Below, one piece after another: positions 1 through 13,277 of a stretch of DNA of 64,000 nucleotides. The DNA comes from Octopus vulgaris. Its lineage: Eukaryota. The stretch is from contig OX597822.1 of assembly GCA_951406725.2 (NCBI GenBank), forward strand, positions 88,226,001 through 88,290,000, given 5' to 3'. The translations under genes were made by a program, and so were the position numbers. The notes under the pieces are model-generated. The model ran no database searches and was not told the origin of the DNA. It saw only the letters and a list, made by a program, of their open reading frames with translations. Within the stretch, counting starts at the first letter, position 1. Each line of letters starts with the position of its first letter.

Positions 1-605
1 ATACGAATAATAACATTGACAGAAATATAGAAGACATGTTTAGTTTACAGTATAACTGAATAATAGACTTAGGAAGCATTTCTATAATTTATAATAAATA
101 CCATATATCTAATATTGCCTGTTATAGTGTATACTGCACAGTGTACAATGTACCATACTGTATAACTGGTTATAACTTTCATAGTGTACAGTGTGCACTA
201 CTGTACATCTAATATTGCTTTCAAATTTTGGCACAAGGCCAGCAATTTTTGGGTAGGAGGTAGATTGATTACATCACAACCAATGCTCAACTAGTACCAA
301 TTTTATTGATCCTGAAAGGATGCAAAGCAAAGTTGACCTCAGCAGAATTTGAACTCAGAACATAGATAGACAAAATGTCATTAAGAATCTTGGTTGGCAT
401 ACTAATGATTCTGCCTTCCTGTATATCTAATATTACTCGTCACAGTGTACAGTACAATATAAATGAACAGCCTACCAACACAACATTAAAAATTTTTTTA
501 ACCATATAGGCAGCAACTTATAACCAGAGATAACACACAACATATCAACAGTAGCATGATCAGATAAAAATGTTGCAAAGACTGATAAATGTAATTCTAA
601 CTTAC

Positions 606-828
606 TTAATTGCAATAACACTGCTGGGTGGGAAGTTTTTGAAATTAATTTCAACGCAGTTTTTATCAGATTTTGAAATGTGGATCATTTCACTGAAATT
701 GACTTTAATATGTTCCACCAGGTTAAGTCGATAATCAGGTAAACCGTTGATATACTCGTGATCCATATGATACTCACAGCCTTCGCGGTGAACCAGTTTC
801 ATTTCAAAAATGATTTCATCCACAACAC
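606..828 (-). CDS. AGL: AGL coding exon 14 (last in window)
   Basis: GVVDEIIFE..YINGLPDY..FKNFPPSSVIAI; acceptor caatag, donor GTAAGT at 605-600; 223 nt ending in phase 2, so the gene continues leftward. Confidence 0.94.
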
Positions 829-1533
829 CTATTGATGAAAAAATATCAAACCAGAAATGTGTATTAGCAAAGGATTATTTGATACAATTAGAGTTAGTTT
901 AATTAGATATCAATGACTTTGGTTATATCCCTCACATATCAGAAGTTAAATTATCTGTTATAAGGAAAAAAAATGGTTCTATTTTGTAATGATTGACTGG
1001 GTGAGGTCTAATCAAAATTTAATAAAATCATCATCATCATAATTGCTTTATGTCCATATTTTTTATGTAGGCATGGTTTGGATGGTTCAACTGGAACCAA
1101 TGAGCCAAGTACTAATGTCAGTTTTGGCGTGGTTTCCATGACTGGATGCTCTTCCTAATGCCAATCACTTTACACAGTATACAGGTTGCTTTTTTATGGC
1201 ATAGGCACTAGTGAGGTAACCAAGTAATTTGCAAGACAAGATTGCTCAGCTGAGTGGAGGTATTGTACTGAGGGAAGTAAAAGTATGATAGAGTGACAGG
1301 AACAGGTGTCTTGCTGGAAAGGAGATACGAGGCTTCTCCAGTTATATATATAACAGGTCACGGTCTCAACGCGACGAAAATATTTTGGCAAATTAAATTT
1401 ATGTGTTGAAGTGAATCTAACGGTTCTTTTGTGTGTTTCTTAAATGCCTTATAAACACCTTCCACACTGCAATTGTTTTCGTTCCAGCACACGATCTCAG
1501 ATCAGGTCACTTGCTATGCAAGTATATCTCCGT

Positions 1534-1621
<88 letters not shown>

Positions 1622-2713
1622 TGAGGGCATATCTTCAAGGGGAATATAAGAGAGAGAATAGGAACAGATGATTGGAAAGGGTGGGTGGATAAGTAAATTT
1701 GCAAGAGTGTGAAAGGAATGTGACAAATAGTCAGAGATGAGAATTGCAGTGGATGTAGTGATGAAGCACTTGGGTGAAGGCATGATCATTATTATCATCA
1801 TCATCAACATTTAACATCTGTTTTCCATGCTGGAATGGTTTGGACAACTTGACAAGAACTGACAAGTCCAGGGGTCACACTATGGCTGGAGACCCTTCTC
1901 AATGCCAACCATTCTACAGAGTGTGCTGAGTGCTTTTTACATGGCAACATCACCAATGCTTTTTAAGTGGTAAAAGCACCAGTGCTTTTTATGTGGCACC
2001 AGCACCCACACCAATGCTTTTTACACGACACCTTGTCTTCAGGATCCCAATTCTGTTGTGGTGAGCAAGTCTTCTCAAGGACAGCAGTGCACCACTTTTA
2101 AAGTTAGTGAGCAGAGTGGCTATCAGGATATGAGGCAGAGTACAACAATGACAGCAAAGGCAAGGGTGCTCATGTGTAGATGGATGAGGTGGTGGCAGCA
2201 CATTGAGGACTTGCTGGCTTTGTAAGGTTAAGAGGTATGTACCCTTGTTGGTGATTGCTAAGTGGAAGAGAGCAATGGAAACTTCCACACAACTACCTCA
2301 TCCAATCAGCAAGACCCTATGGTCAATGTGAAATATTAGTCTGTGGGGAAAGATTAAGGAAGTAGGACTGGGTGAGAGAGGAAGGAGAAAGTGATAATTG
2401 ATAGAAAACTAAACAAAAAAATATGGCCAGAAAATTTATTTATCTTCCTATGAAGAAGTCGGATAACAAATAGAACCATAAATAAATTCAATTCTCTCTC
2501 TCTCTCTCTCTCCTGATGCCCAAGAGGCTAGAACTATAACAGCTCCTACCCCATAAACACTGGTAAACATAGATTTTACAACTATCTGATACATAGCAAC
2601 ATGATTAAAGGAAAATAGGTGGCACTCATACCATATAATTATCAGGTGAAAATATACAGAAGGAGTGGGATTGTCAAAAAGGAAGAGGATGTTGCTTTAA
2701 GGCTGTTTTAATA

Positions 2714-3103
2714 TCTCTCTATATATAAAGCTGAAGTTGTCTGTGTATGGCAGGTTTGGTAGCCTTCAACTAACACTTTCTCCTCCGAGACCCTGCAGTG
2801 CAAGTTGACCAAAATTGAGAGTATGATAGAAGGCTTGCTCTTCCTTCCGTAGAAGAAAAAATTAAAATCAGACCATGTTAACACCAAAAATTATTTACAC
2901 GAAAAAGGTGCTTTTTTTACTATGAAAATCCCTATTTTTTATGATTTTTTGACTGCTGTGTCAACATTTTTCGGTGTATTTTAACCAGAAAAATGTTCAC
3001 TTAAAGAGAATAACAAGCTACATAATGCAAAAGTTTTACTTTTCAAAAATTTCAATTCTAACGGGTCGAAACAAACCCGAGCAATGCCTGGCGATACTGC
3101 TAG
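2714..3103 (+). mobile_element. Non-autonomous Helitron-like element
   Basis: Starts TC(TCTCTATATATAAAG), ends CTAG after an imperfect GC-rich subterminal hairpin (CCCGAGCAATGCCTGG); sits between A and T with no TSD. Confidence 0.6.
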
Positions 3104-3204
3104 TTTTAACCAGGAAACTAGAAAGAATAATTTCACAACATTTAACTTAAGAGGAATTATTGTGGAGATAAAGCTTCATCTAAACACTGTATTTTCTCTT
3201 ATAC

Positions 3205-3420
3205 TTGGTCAAGACCCAATGGCTCGAGCTGGGAAGGGAAGCCTGCAGTGTCTAGGCCATGCTTGTATCTTGAGACATTACAGCATGTAGCATCCCAGAT
3301 GAGGGAGTTACCACCACAAAGTGGGAAAATTTTACTTTTGTCTGGGTCTAGCCCTGATGGCTCGAGCTGAGAAGGGAAGCCTGTGGTATCTAACCATACT
3401 TGTAACTTGAGACACCATGT
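3205..3420. repeat. Diverged direct repeat, period about 138 bp
   Basis: GGCTCGAGCTG.GAAGGGAAGCCTG..CTTGAGACA occurs at about 3221 and 3359. Confidence 0.8.
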
Positions 3421-3944
3421 CATCATCATCGTTGTCTTCTTTCCAGTTCCTCCATTCCTCCCACCCTCCCTTATATAACCTCATATAATGTGGGGTAGCC
3501 ATGTATCTCTTTTATAACAAGACACCTGTGTCTATCCCTCTGTCATACTTTAGCCTCTCAACACCTGGCCTAAAGCCACTTCTCCCTCTATTACAGCATT
3601 ACTCAGCTGAGGGGGTCTTTTCTTTTTTGTCTTGCTAGTTGCCTGGTGACCTCACTAGTGCCAGTGTCATGAAAAGAAAAATAAACCAGTACATTCTGTA
3701 AAGTGATTGGCATTAGGAAGGGCATCCAACTCTAGAAACCATGTCAAAGCAGACTTTGGAGCTTGAAGTAATCTTCTGGCTCTCTGGATCCTATTAACCG
3801 GTCCAATCCATGTTAGACTGGAAGATGGAAGTTAATTATCATAATGATGATGATCTTATTAACAACAACTCATCTCAAATTATAAACATTCAAAATATTG
3901 ATAACAAATATCAGCAAGAAGGTTTTGTCTTTTTGAAATCTTAC

Positions 3945-4098
3945 CTGGCAAATGAATGGTGCGAATATGAGAGCCTTTATTACTTGGATCGCTTGGAAAA
4001 CTGAATGAAGTGCGAGCAATCAGGACAACAGACTCATGATTTGATGGGTTATGCCTTGTGACAGACACAACATCTTCATTAATTTGGTCAACGTATGT
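3945..4098 (-). CDS. AGL: AGL coding exon 13
   Basis: TYVDQINEDVVSVTRHNPSNHESVVLIARTSF..IHLPG; acceptor atttag, donor CAG|GTAAGA; 154 nt. Confidence 0.95.
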
Positions 4099-4483
4099 CT
4101 AAATAATAAAAATATTAAATATAAGCAGAGATATTTTCTTATAACATAAATCCAGCTGCTGCTATTATTATCATTATTATTATTATTATTATTATTATTT
4201 ACTCAATTACAATGGATATTTAAACATTTTATAATTTTGGTTTGGAAAAGCTAAATGTTTTAAAATTTAACTCTTTTGTTATTTCTGTTGAAATAGACTG
4301 ACTTTATATCAATTCATTTTGAAAATAATGAAGAATTCAGTAAAATAATAGTCATTAATTAAGCTAATATTTAGAACATAAAGTAACATGAAATTTTGAT
4401 GCAAGGTTTTAAGTGAGATCTCTTCAAAGCATTAAGTTTGTATCATAGAATCAAATCAAGGATGATCAACATTCACTAACTTA

Positions 4484-5052
4484 TGAGGGGGTGCTGAAAA
4501 GTTCATGACTTTAAGGGTATCATGTAAGGCCTGGTCGGAAGTCCAACCTTCTGAGTTCTTTTACAGGGTTTAGAAAAACTGAAGGACCGCTGCAATAAAT
4601 GTATGAATCTGAGAGGGGAGTAAATATCATCTATGTTGAATAAAATCATGAAGGCACATGGCTCAGTGGTTAGAGCGTCTGGCTCACAATCATGTGGTAG
4701 TGAGCTTGATTCTCAGACCAGGCTGTGTGTTGTGTTCTTCAGCAAGACACTTTATTTCACTTTGCTCCAGTTCACCCAGCTGTAGAAATTAGTTGTGAGG
4801 TCACTGGTGCCAAGCCTTTGCCCTTCCCTTGGATAACATCAGTGGTGTGGAGAGAGGAGGCCGGTATGCATGGGCAACTGATAATCTTCCATAAACAACC
4901 CTGCCCAGACTTGTACCTCTGAGGTGAACTTTCTGGGTGCATCTCATGGTCATTCATGATCAAAGGGAATCTTTACCCTGAATAAAATCATAATTAACTG
5001 ATCCTCCTGTGTTTTCTTTGATGCAAAGCTGGAACTTTTCAGCACTCCCTCG
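4484..5052. mobile_element. Mariner-derived MITE interrupted by a SINE
   Basis: TIRs GAGGGGGTGCTGAAAAGTTC / GAACTTTTCAGCACTCCCTC with flanking TA at both ends. Confidence 0.85.
4650..4978 (+). mobile_element. tRNA-derived SINE nested in the MITE
   Basis: A box TGGCTCAGTGG and a degenerate B box; 13-bp TSD TGAATAAAATCAT at 4637-4649 and 4979-4991. Confidence 0.85.
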
Positions 5053-6025
5053 TACATAATACCAATACTAATACTGATAATGATATCATCATCATTTAAT
5101 ATCTCTGCTCCATGCTGGCATGAAATGAAAATCATTGCAAATTTTGATTGAAATATACCCATCATAAATTGGGTAACTTTGGAAGTACACTTTTGCCAAA
5201 ATGAATTATATCAGGAAACATGGCACACACACAATAATTTTTATTTAACTTTTGTAAAATTTCTTGTTGCTTATAGAAAATGATGAAACAAATACTAATT
5301 TTCGAAAGAAAAATAGCATAAAATTAAATAAAACAAACTTCTTATTTTTATAACTCCTCCTATAGGTACTTGGTCATTTACTCCCTCTCCTCCTCTATCT
5401 CTGTACCTATAGTCCTTTTTCTCTCACTATAAATGTGTGTGTGACGTTCCTTTACTCATTGCCGGCCACCAAGTTTAGTATGTGTAGTCATCCTACACCT
5501 CTTACGTTAACTCGTACAGTATTTTTCTTACAATCTCCCCTCCCTTTCTCTATACACAATGTAAACCATGACTGGAGAAATCAATCAATCAAGAAACTTT
5601 TATGTTGGCTCTTATCACATGAGGTTATTTGCATCAGTTTTCAAGAAGGGCAGTGGCACTAAGGTTAACATTAAAGAATAGAATAATTGAACACCTGGAC
5701 AAAACATAGGTCTGCTTGCTTCATAAGGTCTTACTTTATAGTTGAGTATTTAGCTATAGGCAGGGTAAAGTACCATATGAAACAGTTACGGATATGGAAA
5801 AAGAAAATGAAGCCAACTTAAACCAAGTTTCCATATCGATTAATACAATTTGTATCATTTCACAGCATATAAGGCAGTGAGCTGGCAGAATAGTTAGCAT
5901 GCTGGGTGAAATGCTTGGTGGTATTTCACCCATTGCTACATTGTGAGTTTAAATTCCACCAAGGTCGACTTTGCCTTTCATCCTTTCAAAATGCCTTCCT
6001 CTTCCAACAAATATCCTATAATACA

Positions 6026-6729
6026 TTAGCACTATGACCCGGCTTTGTTGGGTCTAGTGGTAGTCAAGCATATTTGGTCTTTCATGAAAATCCCTCTCTC
6101 TTGTCATTCACTCGGTCTAACTCGTTAAGTATTCCCTGCATTTCTCAAATCAAAAAAGCGTGCACGTCTGAAAGCCAAAACACATGATAACGCATCTTTG
6201 CAAAACACAAAAATGCGCAGAGTCATACAGACTGTCTGCAAATGCGCACACGCATCCAACTGTCAGGTGTAAAATTATCTCCGTCCAATAAAAAAAACAG
6301 ACATTTTTGCCATTTATAGATATAGAGAATTTAAGCAAACGTTTAGAAATTCTCTGGGAAACTGGAAAATCCAGAAATCTGGGATAGTTCCAGTCCTAAA
6401 TTGGATAAATTGGTCTGGTACAGTATTGAGGAGTGATACATAACAAAGGGAGAGAAATGCAAAGTTTTAAAGAGTTATTTCCCTTGCTATGTTTTAATAT
6501 CTCTAGATTAAACTCCTGGATTAATTGAGTTACGTCCCTTGTATTAAAGACTTTTGTTACCTGAAACAAGGGATCAGTTTATCGATAACTGGGAAATGAA
6601 AAAATCTTCACAACCACCCTTGGATGGTTTTGAATGACCATAGAAAGTGCGAGCCCACTAACTGAAAAAGTGTGCATTTGTACAAAGGATACACACACAC
6701 AGACATGTTGCCGTTTATATATATAGAGA
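6026..6729 (-). mobile_element. Non-autonomous Helitron-like element
   Basis: Minus strand starts TCTCTATATATATAAAC; 3' hairpin GACCC..GGGTC precedes a CTAA end; same terminal style as 2714-3103. Confidence 0.55.
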
Positions 6730-6814
6730 TGTGTAATATTGTCATTTTGTAATTAAGCATGCACATTTAATATGTATTCATAAAAAAAAAGCAAAAGAAT
6801 TCAGAAAGACTTAC

Positions 6815-6964
6815 CTGAGAGTAGCCATTAATGGCCATAAAATAATGAAGTTGATTCAAAACCTTTTTACCAAGAATAATTCCAGAGTTCAGACCACATG
6901 TAGATGTATCAGCACTACGTGAAGCAAAGTTTGAATACAAACGGCCTTCATTCACCACATGAAT
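6815..6964 (-). CDS. AGL: AGL coding exon 12
   Basis: IHVVNEGRLY..SGIILGKKVLNQLH..GYSQ; acceptor tttgtag, donor CAG|GTAAGT; 150 nt. Confidence 0.95.
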
Positions 6965-7424
6965 CTACAAAAAATAAAATAAAATTTTAAATGTTATGAA
7001 TATAAATGACAGAAGGTAATTAATAAAATGGCAATGCTTTGTGGAATTTTGTTCCAAATCTGTTCATAGTTTAATTTGACTTTCATTCCTTCATAGTATT
7101 TAGGCCTACGTGAGTTTTAGGACTCATAATAACCTTATAATAATCCATGGAATTTAAGTGATTGAGATTACAAACTTACATCCCTCCTGAATGGGACACT
7201 GGTCTGTTGATGGAACTCAAATGGGAAATGAATGGTTTTGCTCAAGAACACAATATCCCACTTGGTATAAGAAATGAAGCCACAATCTTATGACCACGAC
7301 TGCAACACCTTAACCACTAAGCCATGAGCCTTCATAATAGATAGGGAGTTGTACCTCTCCATTTTTATATATTTATAGTCTGGTGTCAATGATCTTCATT
7401 GTTGTCATTTTTGTAGTCAACATT

Positions 7425-7474
<50 letters not shown>

Positions 7475-7475
7475 T

Positions 7476-7680
7476 CTTTCTACTATAGGCACAAGGCCTG
7501 GAATTTGAGGGTAGCAGGGGATAGTCAATTCGATCAACCCCAGTACTTGACTGGTACTTAATTCATCAATCCTGAAAGTCGACCTCAGGGGAATTTGAAC
7601 TCAGTATGTACATAGTGGCAGATGAAATACTGCTAAGCATTTTGCCCGGCATGCTAATGGTTCTGCCAGCTTGCCACCTC
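7476..7680 (-). mobile_element. SINE family 'B' (GGCRRGCTGGCAGAA head); other copies at about 219-417, 5872-5990, 10200-10700, 13988-14203, 28380-28572, 37614-37825, 43812-44028
   Basis: Recurrent unit of about 200 bp with GAGTTCAAATTC B-box-like motif and GTCGACTTTGCCTTTCATCC core, seen many times in the window on both strands. Confidence 0.8.
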
Positions 7681-7686
7681 TACCTC

Positions 7687-7739
<53 letters not shown>

Positions 7740-7740
<1 letters not shown>

Positions 7741-8335
7741 TAATAATCATTTCAACATATGCATAGCATACAAAGGTTTAAAAAAAATGTGGCAGGGAGG
7801 ATGATAGAGATGTGACCATCCTGATACAGGAAGGCCTCTAGGGATAATTGAAGAACCCCACTGACTGAGATTTCCCTGAAACCCCAGAAGCAGGTACCCT
7901 CTCCAGTTCCTTCTCCCAATTCACAGGTCTACACTTAGAGAGGTACCATCCACTCTTGCCATTTTCACAACTTTCACCCACCTCTCAATAAACTCACTTG
8001 AGGACAGCACTTCCCTCTCCACTCTCAATTTCCTTTTCAAGTGAAACTTGAAAGCATCAATGAGAGCTCTACCAAAGAGGAATGTATCTGTCTTCATGCT
8101 TTTCAGCCTTGTCCACCAAACAACCTCTTTCACTATAGCCACCAAACAAAGGAAAAGTTCTTTGCCTGCTCAACTGAAGGAGAGTGGCAGTGCAATCATC
8201 ACTACAGACTCAGTCAACAGATATATCCGTCCTACACATGACAGCAGCTATTTGACATAACCCCACAAGTCAGCAATGCCCGGACACTGAATGAGAGTAT
8301 GTAGTATGGTTTCGTCACTCTGTGCACAATCCAGA
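7740..8335 (-). mobile_element. 3' fragment of an L1/Tx1-like LINE
   Basis: Degraded ORF with a DETILH.LIQCP zinc-knuckle-like segment and the C-terminus KRKLRVEREVLSSSEFIERWVKV, followed by a 3' UTR. Confidence 0.55.
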
Positions 8336-8389
8336 TTGCATACAGCCATGAGTAGGACAGTTAGACAGAATCAGAATAGTGACACTTAC

Positions 8390-8491
8390 ATGGTGTGGTA
8401 CCAATTCATCATAACCACGGTTGCTTCCAGATGCACAACAAGCCATTGATATCAAAGCAGCTGTTGGGAGAACATCATAGACACTGCGTTT
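8390..8491 (-). CDS. AGL: AGL coding exon 11
   Basis: [34 protein letters not shown]; acceptor ttttcag, donor GTAAGT; 102 nt. Confidence 0.97.
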
Positions 8492-9464
8492 CTGAAAAGA
8501 AAAGAAAAAAGAACAAAGCAAAAGAAATTAGAATTAACTCTTTTGTTACCATATTTCTGCTGAAAGACTAAGCTTTTAATTCAATTAACTTTTAAAATCA
8601 TGAAAAATTTACTAAAGTAACTTTGTTGTTATTAAGCTGGTGTCTGGAACATAAATTAACATCAATTTTGATGGAAACTTTAAAACAGAGGCTTGTATCA
8701 TGGGACCAGGCACAAACTCAAGGGTTTGTTATCAAAATGGTTAAACAGGACAAAAAAAAAAAATAACAAAATTTTTTTATCCAGCTAACTTCAGACACAC
8801 TGGGAAGGAAACAGAGACAGAGGGAGAGAGCATGAGACAGAGTCACAATTAAATAATACCCTCATTGTTAATCAATAACACTTTCTACGAGGTAAAGACA
8901 GTAATCAATATATAACTATGAAACACAAATGTGTTACACATTTAAAGTGCTGCTTATAAACCTGGCAAAGTATGGGGTGCAAGCATGTCTATATGGTTAA
9001 GAAGAGTGTAGCACAATCATGTGACTTCAGGTTCAATCCTCTACATACAGCATCTTTGGAAAATTTCTTCTATCATAGTCTTGGGTTGACCAAAGCCTTG
9101 TGATAGAAATTTGGTAGACAAAAACTGTGTGGAAGCTTGTCAGATGGCGTGTTGTTGTTGCTGGATGGTAGACATCATCCTTCACCCAGTTTACCAAAAG
9201 TACCTGACACCTTGGGTGCCATTAGAGAAGTCCACTCTATGGCAGACAAACAGACAAGGTCTCTTGTCTAAGGAATAACATCTCACGTATCTCTGATCAG
9301 TGTTAGGGACTCAGGGGTACAGTCAAAGATGCTCTCCTCTCCTCCCTCATCAGCTGAAGCTACATAAATATTGAAAAAATTATAATAAAATGTAGCTGCC
9401 TGCTTGAGAGGTAAAAATTTACCCTCACTAACCAAATTCCTGGCCCTTATCATAGGGCCAGGAA

Positions 9465-10062
9465 TTTGAATTCTTACTATTACTACTACAACTATTACTG
9501 CTGCTGCTGATTTTTGTTGTTGTTGTTGTTAAGCAACAAGACCGGTAAGGGTGATTAGGTGATGGTCTAGGGCTTAGGGGCGGGAGACCCCAGACCTTGG
9601 AAAAAAAAAACAAGTTTGGTCGTCTTGTAGTCGAGGGCTCCTCGTTGATACCTGACACCACTGGGACGTAGCCCTTGAAGTCACTGGAAATGGAGATTTC
9701 CAGGTCCAAATCCTTGAACGGCTGCTGCTGCTGATGATGATGATGATAATGGAGCTACTCCAACCACCACCACCACCACTACTACTGCTACTATTAATAC
9801 TGGTACCACTACTAATACTTCAATAGCTGTTGCTGCTACTACTACTATTACTACTGCTGCTGCTACCCATGTTGATGATGCTACCTCCCACCATTACCAC
9901 TACTACTACTACTACTGCTACCCACCCTCAACCACCACCACTACTACTGCTGCTGTTGCAGCCACTACTACTAATAGTGCTGCTGCTGCAGCTACTACTA
10001 CTACTACAAACTGCTAAATCTATACCATTCACTTATCTCTCTTCCTCCTCCTCCTCAACTAC
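9465..10062. repeat. Complex trinucleotide microsatellite (CTA/CTG/CCA/GAT/GTT) with an embedded GC-rich insert
   Basis: Directly visible; it produces spurious poly-L/T/S ORFs. Confidence 0.9.
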
Positions 10063-10929
10063 ATGATAACTATTGTTTATTTCACTTTGCAATTCTTTTT
10101 ACTAAAGATTTTGCTCTCTTCCTCCATCTCAGAACAACTGGGAATTCTTCTCTGTCAATATGTTCCAGTCATCTTGAATCAATTCAAATTAAATATCCCC
10201 CCTACGATAGGCACACAGAGGGGAAACAGGGGCAGGGCTAGTCAATTACACTGACACTCATGCTTGACTGGTACTTACTTCATCAACCCCAAAAGGATGA
10301 AAGGCAAAATCAACCTTGGCAGAATTTGAACTCAGAACATAAAAACAGATGAAATACCTATTTCTTTACGACCCACAAGGGGCTAAACACAGAGAGGACA
10401 AACAAGGACAGACAAACGGATTAAGTCGATTATATTGACCCTAGTGTGTAACTGGTACTTATTTAATCGACCCTGAAAGGTTGAAAGGCAAAGTCAATAA
10501 TGTTTTCAGATTTTGGTGAGAGGTCAGCAGTTTTAAGAAGAGGGAGCCAGTCAATTACATTGAGTCCAGCCTTGTTTTATTGAACCCGAGAGGATAAATG
10601 GCAAAGGTGATCTTGGAGGAATTTGAACTCAGAACATTAACGGCCAGATGTCACTAAGAATTTTGCCAAATGCACTAATGAGGCTGCCAGCTCATCACTT
10701 TGATACAGACTAATAATAAAATGAAAACAAGGCTAACATGCAATAGTAACACTTTTCAACCACAGGGTTCCAGGTTCGGTCCTACTACATGACACCTTGA
10801 GCAAGTTTCTAATACTAAAGCCCTGGGCTGACCAAAATCTGTGGGCAGATTTGGTAGACAGAAACTGAAAGAAGCTTGATGTGCATACATGTTCATGTAT
10901 ATATATGTATGTATGCGTATATACATACA

Positions 10930-11172
10930 CAATGGAACCTCAGTTTACAAATGTCTCTCATCACGAACAAATCAGTTTACAAACAATTTTTTTAACATAA
11001 AACATCTCAAGTGAGGAACACACAAGCCAGCAGCAATGGTTGGCCACAAGCTGGGAGTATCAGCTGCAGGACATCAGTCCCTGTTCAAATTCACCATGCC
11101 TTCTCTTGAATTTCTAAGGGGAAAATAGTTTGGGCTTACGAACAATTCAATTCATAAACTGAGGTTCCACTG
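10930..11172. mobile_element. Tigger/pogo-type MITE
   Basis: TIRs CAATGGAACCTCAGTTTA / TAAACTGAGGTTCCACTG, with TA at the right end. Confidence 0.75.
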
Positions 11173-11261
11173 TATAATATTCTTCTATTCTTTTATACGT
11201 TTCAGCCCTAAGGTTGTGGCCATGCTGGAGCACCACTAGTATATAAATTAAATATATATAT

Positions 11262-11461
11262 AGGCACAGGAGTGGCTGTGTGGTAGTGTGGTAAGTAGCT
11301 TGCTTAACAACTACATGGTTCCAGGTTCAGTACCATTGCATGGCACCTTAGTCAAGTGTCTTCTACTATAGCTTCAGGCCGACCAAAGCCTTGTAAGTGG
11401 ATTTGGTAGACAGAAAGCTGAAAGAAACCCGTCGTATATATGTATATATGTGTGTGCGCGC

Positions 11462-11507
<46 letters not shown>

Positions 11508-11716
11508 TTGTGTGTCTGTGTTTGTCTCCTAACATTCCTTGACGACCGATGGTGGTGTGTTTACATCCCCGTAACTTAGCAGTTCGGCAAAAGAGACAGA
11601 TATAATAAGTACTAGGCTTACAAAGAATAAGTTCTGGGGTCAATTTTCTTGACTAAAGGCGGTGCTCCAGCATGGCCGCAGTCAAATGACTGAAACAAGT
11701 AAAAGAATAAAAGAAT
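11262..11716 (+). mobile_element. tRNA-derived SINE family 'A' with central (GT)n; other copies at about 23311-23726 (-), 56953-57400 (-), 61400-61735 (+), 61820-62215 (+)
   Basis: Head GGAGTGGCTGTGTGGTAAG, B-box-like GGTTCAGT, tail GGCGGTGCTCCAGCATGGCCGCAGTC..AAGAAT; resembles octopus OK/OR-type SINEs (from memory, not searched). Confidence 0.85.
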
Positions 11717-11974
11717 ATATATATATTGGACGTTTTGACTGAGGTCTGGAGAGCCAGGAAGGACATCCAGCCCCAATCTGCCTCAATACACTCCATCATT
11801 CATGATGATGATAATGATGATGATGAAACAGAAAACTGTGTATATGTATATATATATATATATAGAGAGAGAGAGACAGAATATACATGTAGGAATAAAC
11901 AGAGAAAGAATATATGTATAGAAGAGAGAGAACAAAAAATCTGTTAAAGGAGGAACTTGGGGCAAAACACTTAC

Positions 11975-12138
11975 CTCAATAGGGCTTGGGTTATCATGGG
12001 TCTGGTCAAAGAAAATAGCATGGGCCATAGAGTTAACAAGAGGCTGGATCTGAGGCTGGATGAATGAACCAACTGGCTGACCACCAAAGCGGTGAACAAG
12101 ACGACCAAGTTCATGGGAATTCCAAGCAACAAGAGATT
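11975..12138 (-). CDS. AGL: AGL coding exon 10 (THDN motif)
   Basis: [43 protein letters not shown]; acceptor cttcag, donor GTAAGT; 164 nt. Confidence 0.97.
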
Positions 12139-12532
12139 CTGAAGATTAAGAAAAACAGAAAGGAAAGAAAAAAAATCTGTAGATTTATGACAATTAATCA
12201 AAGGTTATTGATCCCCATTCTTCATCCATTGATATTGCTCACTCCACCCATACTTTACATTGAGCACTCACCCACCCACTGAGTCACTCTACTCATGCAT
12301 TATGCTTACCACTTTCTTCCCACCACTCCAATGACCTACCCAACCACATGTTAGCTCTCTCTCTCTCTCAGGACCATTCAATGAATCATTGCATTCACTG
12401 GATGGTCCTGTCAAACTGTCAAACCCATGCCAGTACAGAGAACACACACACATATATGTTGATTATCTATACATGCACACACGTGTGTATGCATGTGTGT
12501 GTGTGTGTATCTCTGTGTATGTATGTATGTAT

Positions 12533-13135
12533 GTAAGGGTCCTTGAACGTTTTCATCAGAGATGTCTCAGACACATTCTCAATGTTGGCTGGACCTCAAA
12601 AATTCCAGACACACAGATCCTGAGGACAGCTGATATCTTGAGTATTGAGGCGATGGTACACAAGCACCGGTTGCGTTGGACTGGACACCTTATTAGAATG
12701 GAGGATAGAAGGATTCCTAAGCAGATGCTCTATGGAGAACTTGTGAATGGAAGGAGACTCCGGCAGAAACCAAGGCTGCGATTTAAGGACTGTGTCAAGT
12801 CCTCGTTAAAGGCCTTTGATATGCAGGACACTGACTGGGAGAACAATGCCTGTCATCGCCACAGATGGAGGAAGCAGGTTAAGGAGGGGATCGACACTTT
12901 CGAGAGAGCACATATCCAACATGAAGAACTTAAGCGAGCTGCATGAAAGCGCACGGCTCGTATAGTGAATGGGGAAAGCTTGGTCTGCAATGTTTGCAGT
13001 CGTGTATGCTTGTCAAGAGCAGGGCTCATTAGCCACCAATGGAGCCGCAAATGCAAAATATAAGTTAGTCCTAGAGCGCACAATGTTCCTGAAGGTCGGC
13101 AATGGTCTTCCTCGGTCACGAGTGTACAGCCATCA
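12533..13135 (+). mobile_element. 5'-truncated RTE LINE copy (antisense to AGL)
   Basis: Closely matches about 55988-56588 ([39 protein letters not shown]); has an in-frame TGA; both ends abut (GTAT)n. Confidence 0.95.
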
Positions 13136-13277
13136 CATCATGTATGTATATTTATGCATATAAACTCTGGGTATTCTCAAGTATAAAAAATAATTGAAAA
13201 ATAAACCATTCAGTTAAATACTCAAAGTATTGTGAGGTTGTGCAACTAATTGATAAAAACAGTAAATTGAAACATAC

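Noticed and set aside
1433-1810. ORFs rich in YI/ER/SL/HT/CV repeats (also at about 15.8, 27.7, 34.5, 50.6 and 56.3-57.8 kb)
   Set aside because: They are translations of (TA)n, (GA)n, (CA)n and (TACA)n microsatellites, not genes.
12389-12946. 185-aa ORF as a chimeric host gene
   Set aside because: The N-terminus is intron/microsatellite sequence fused by chance to a truncated RTE fragment ending at a premature TGA.
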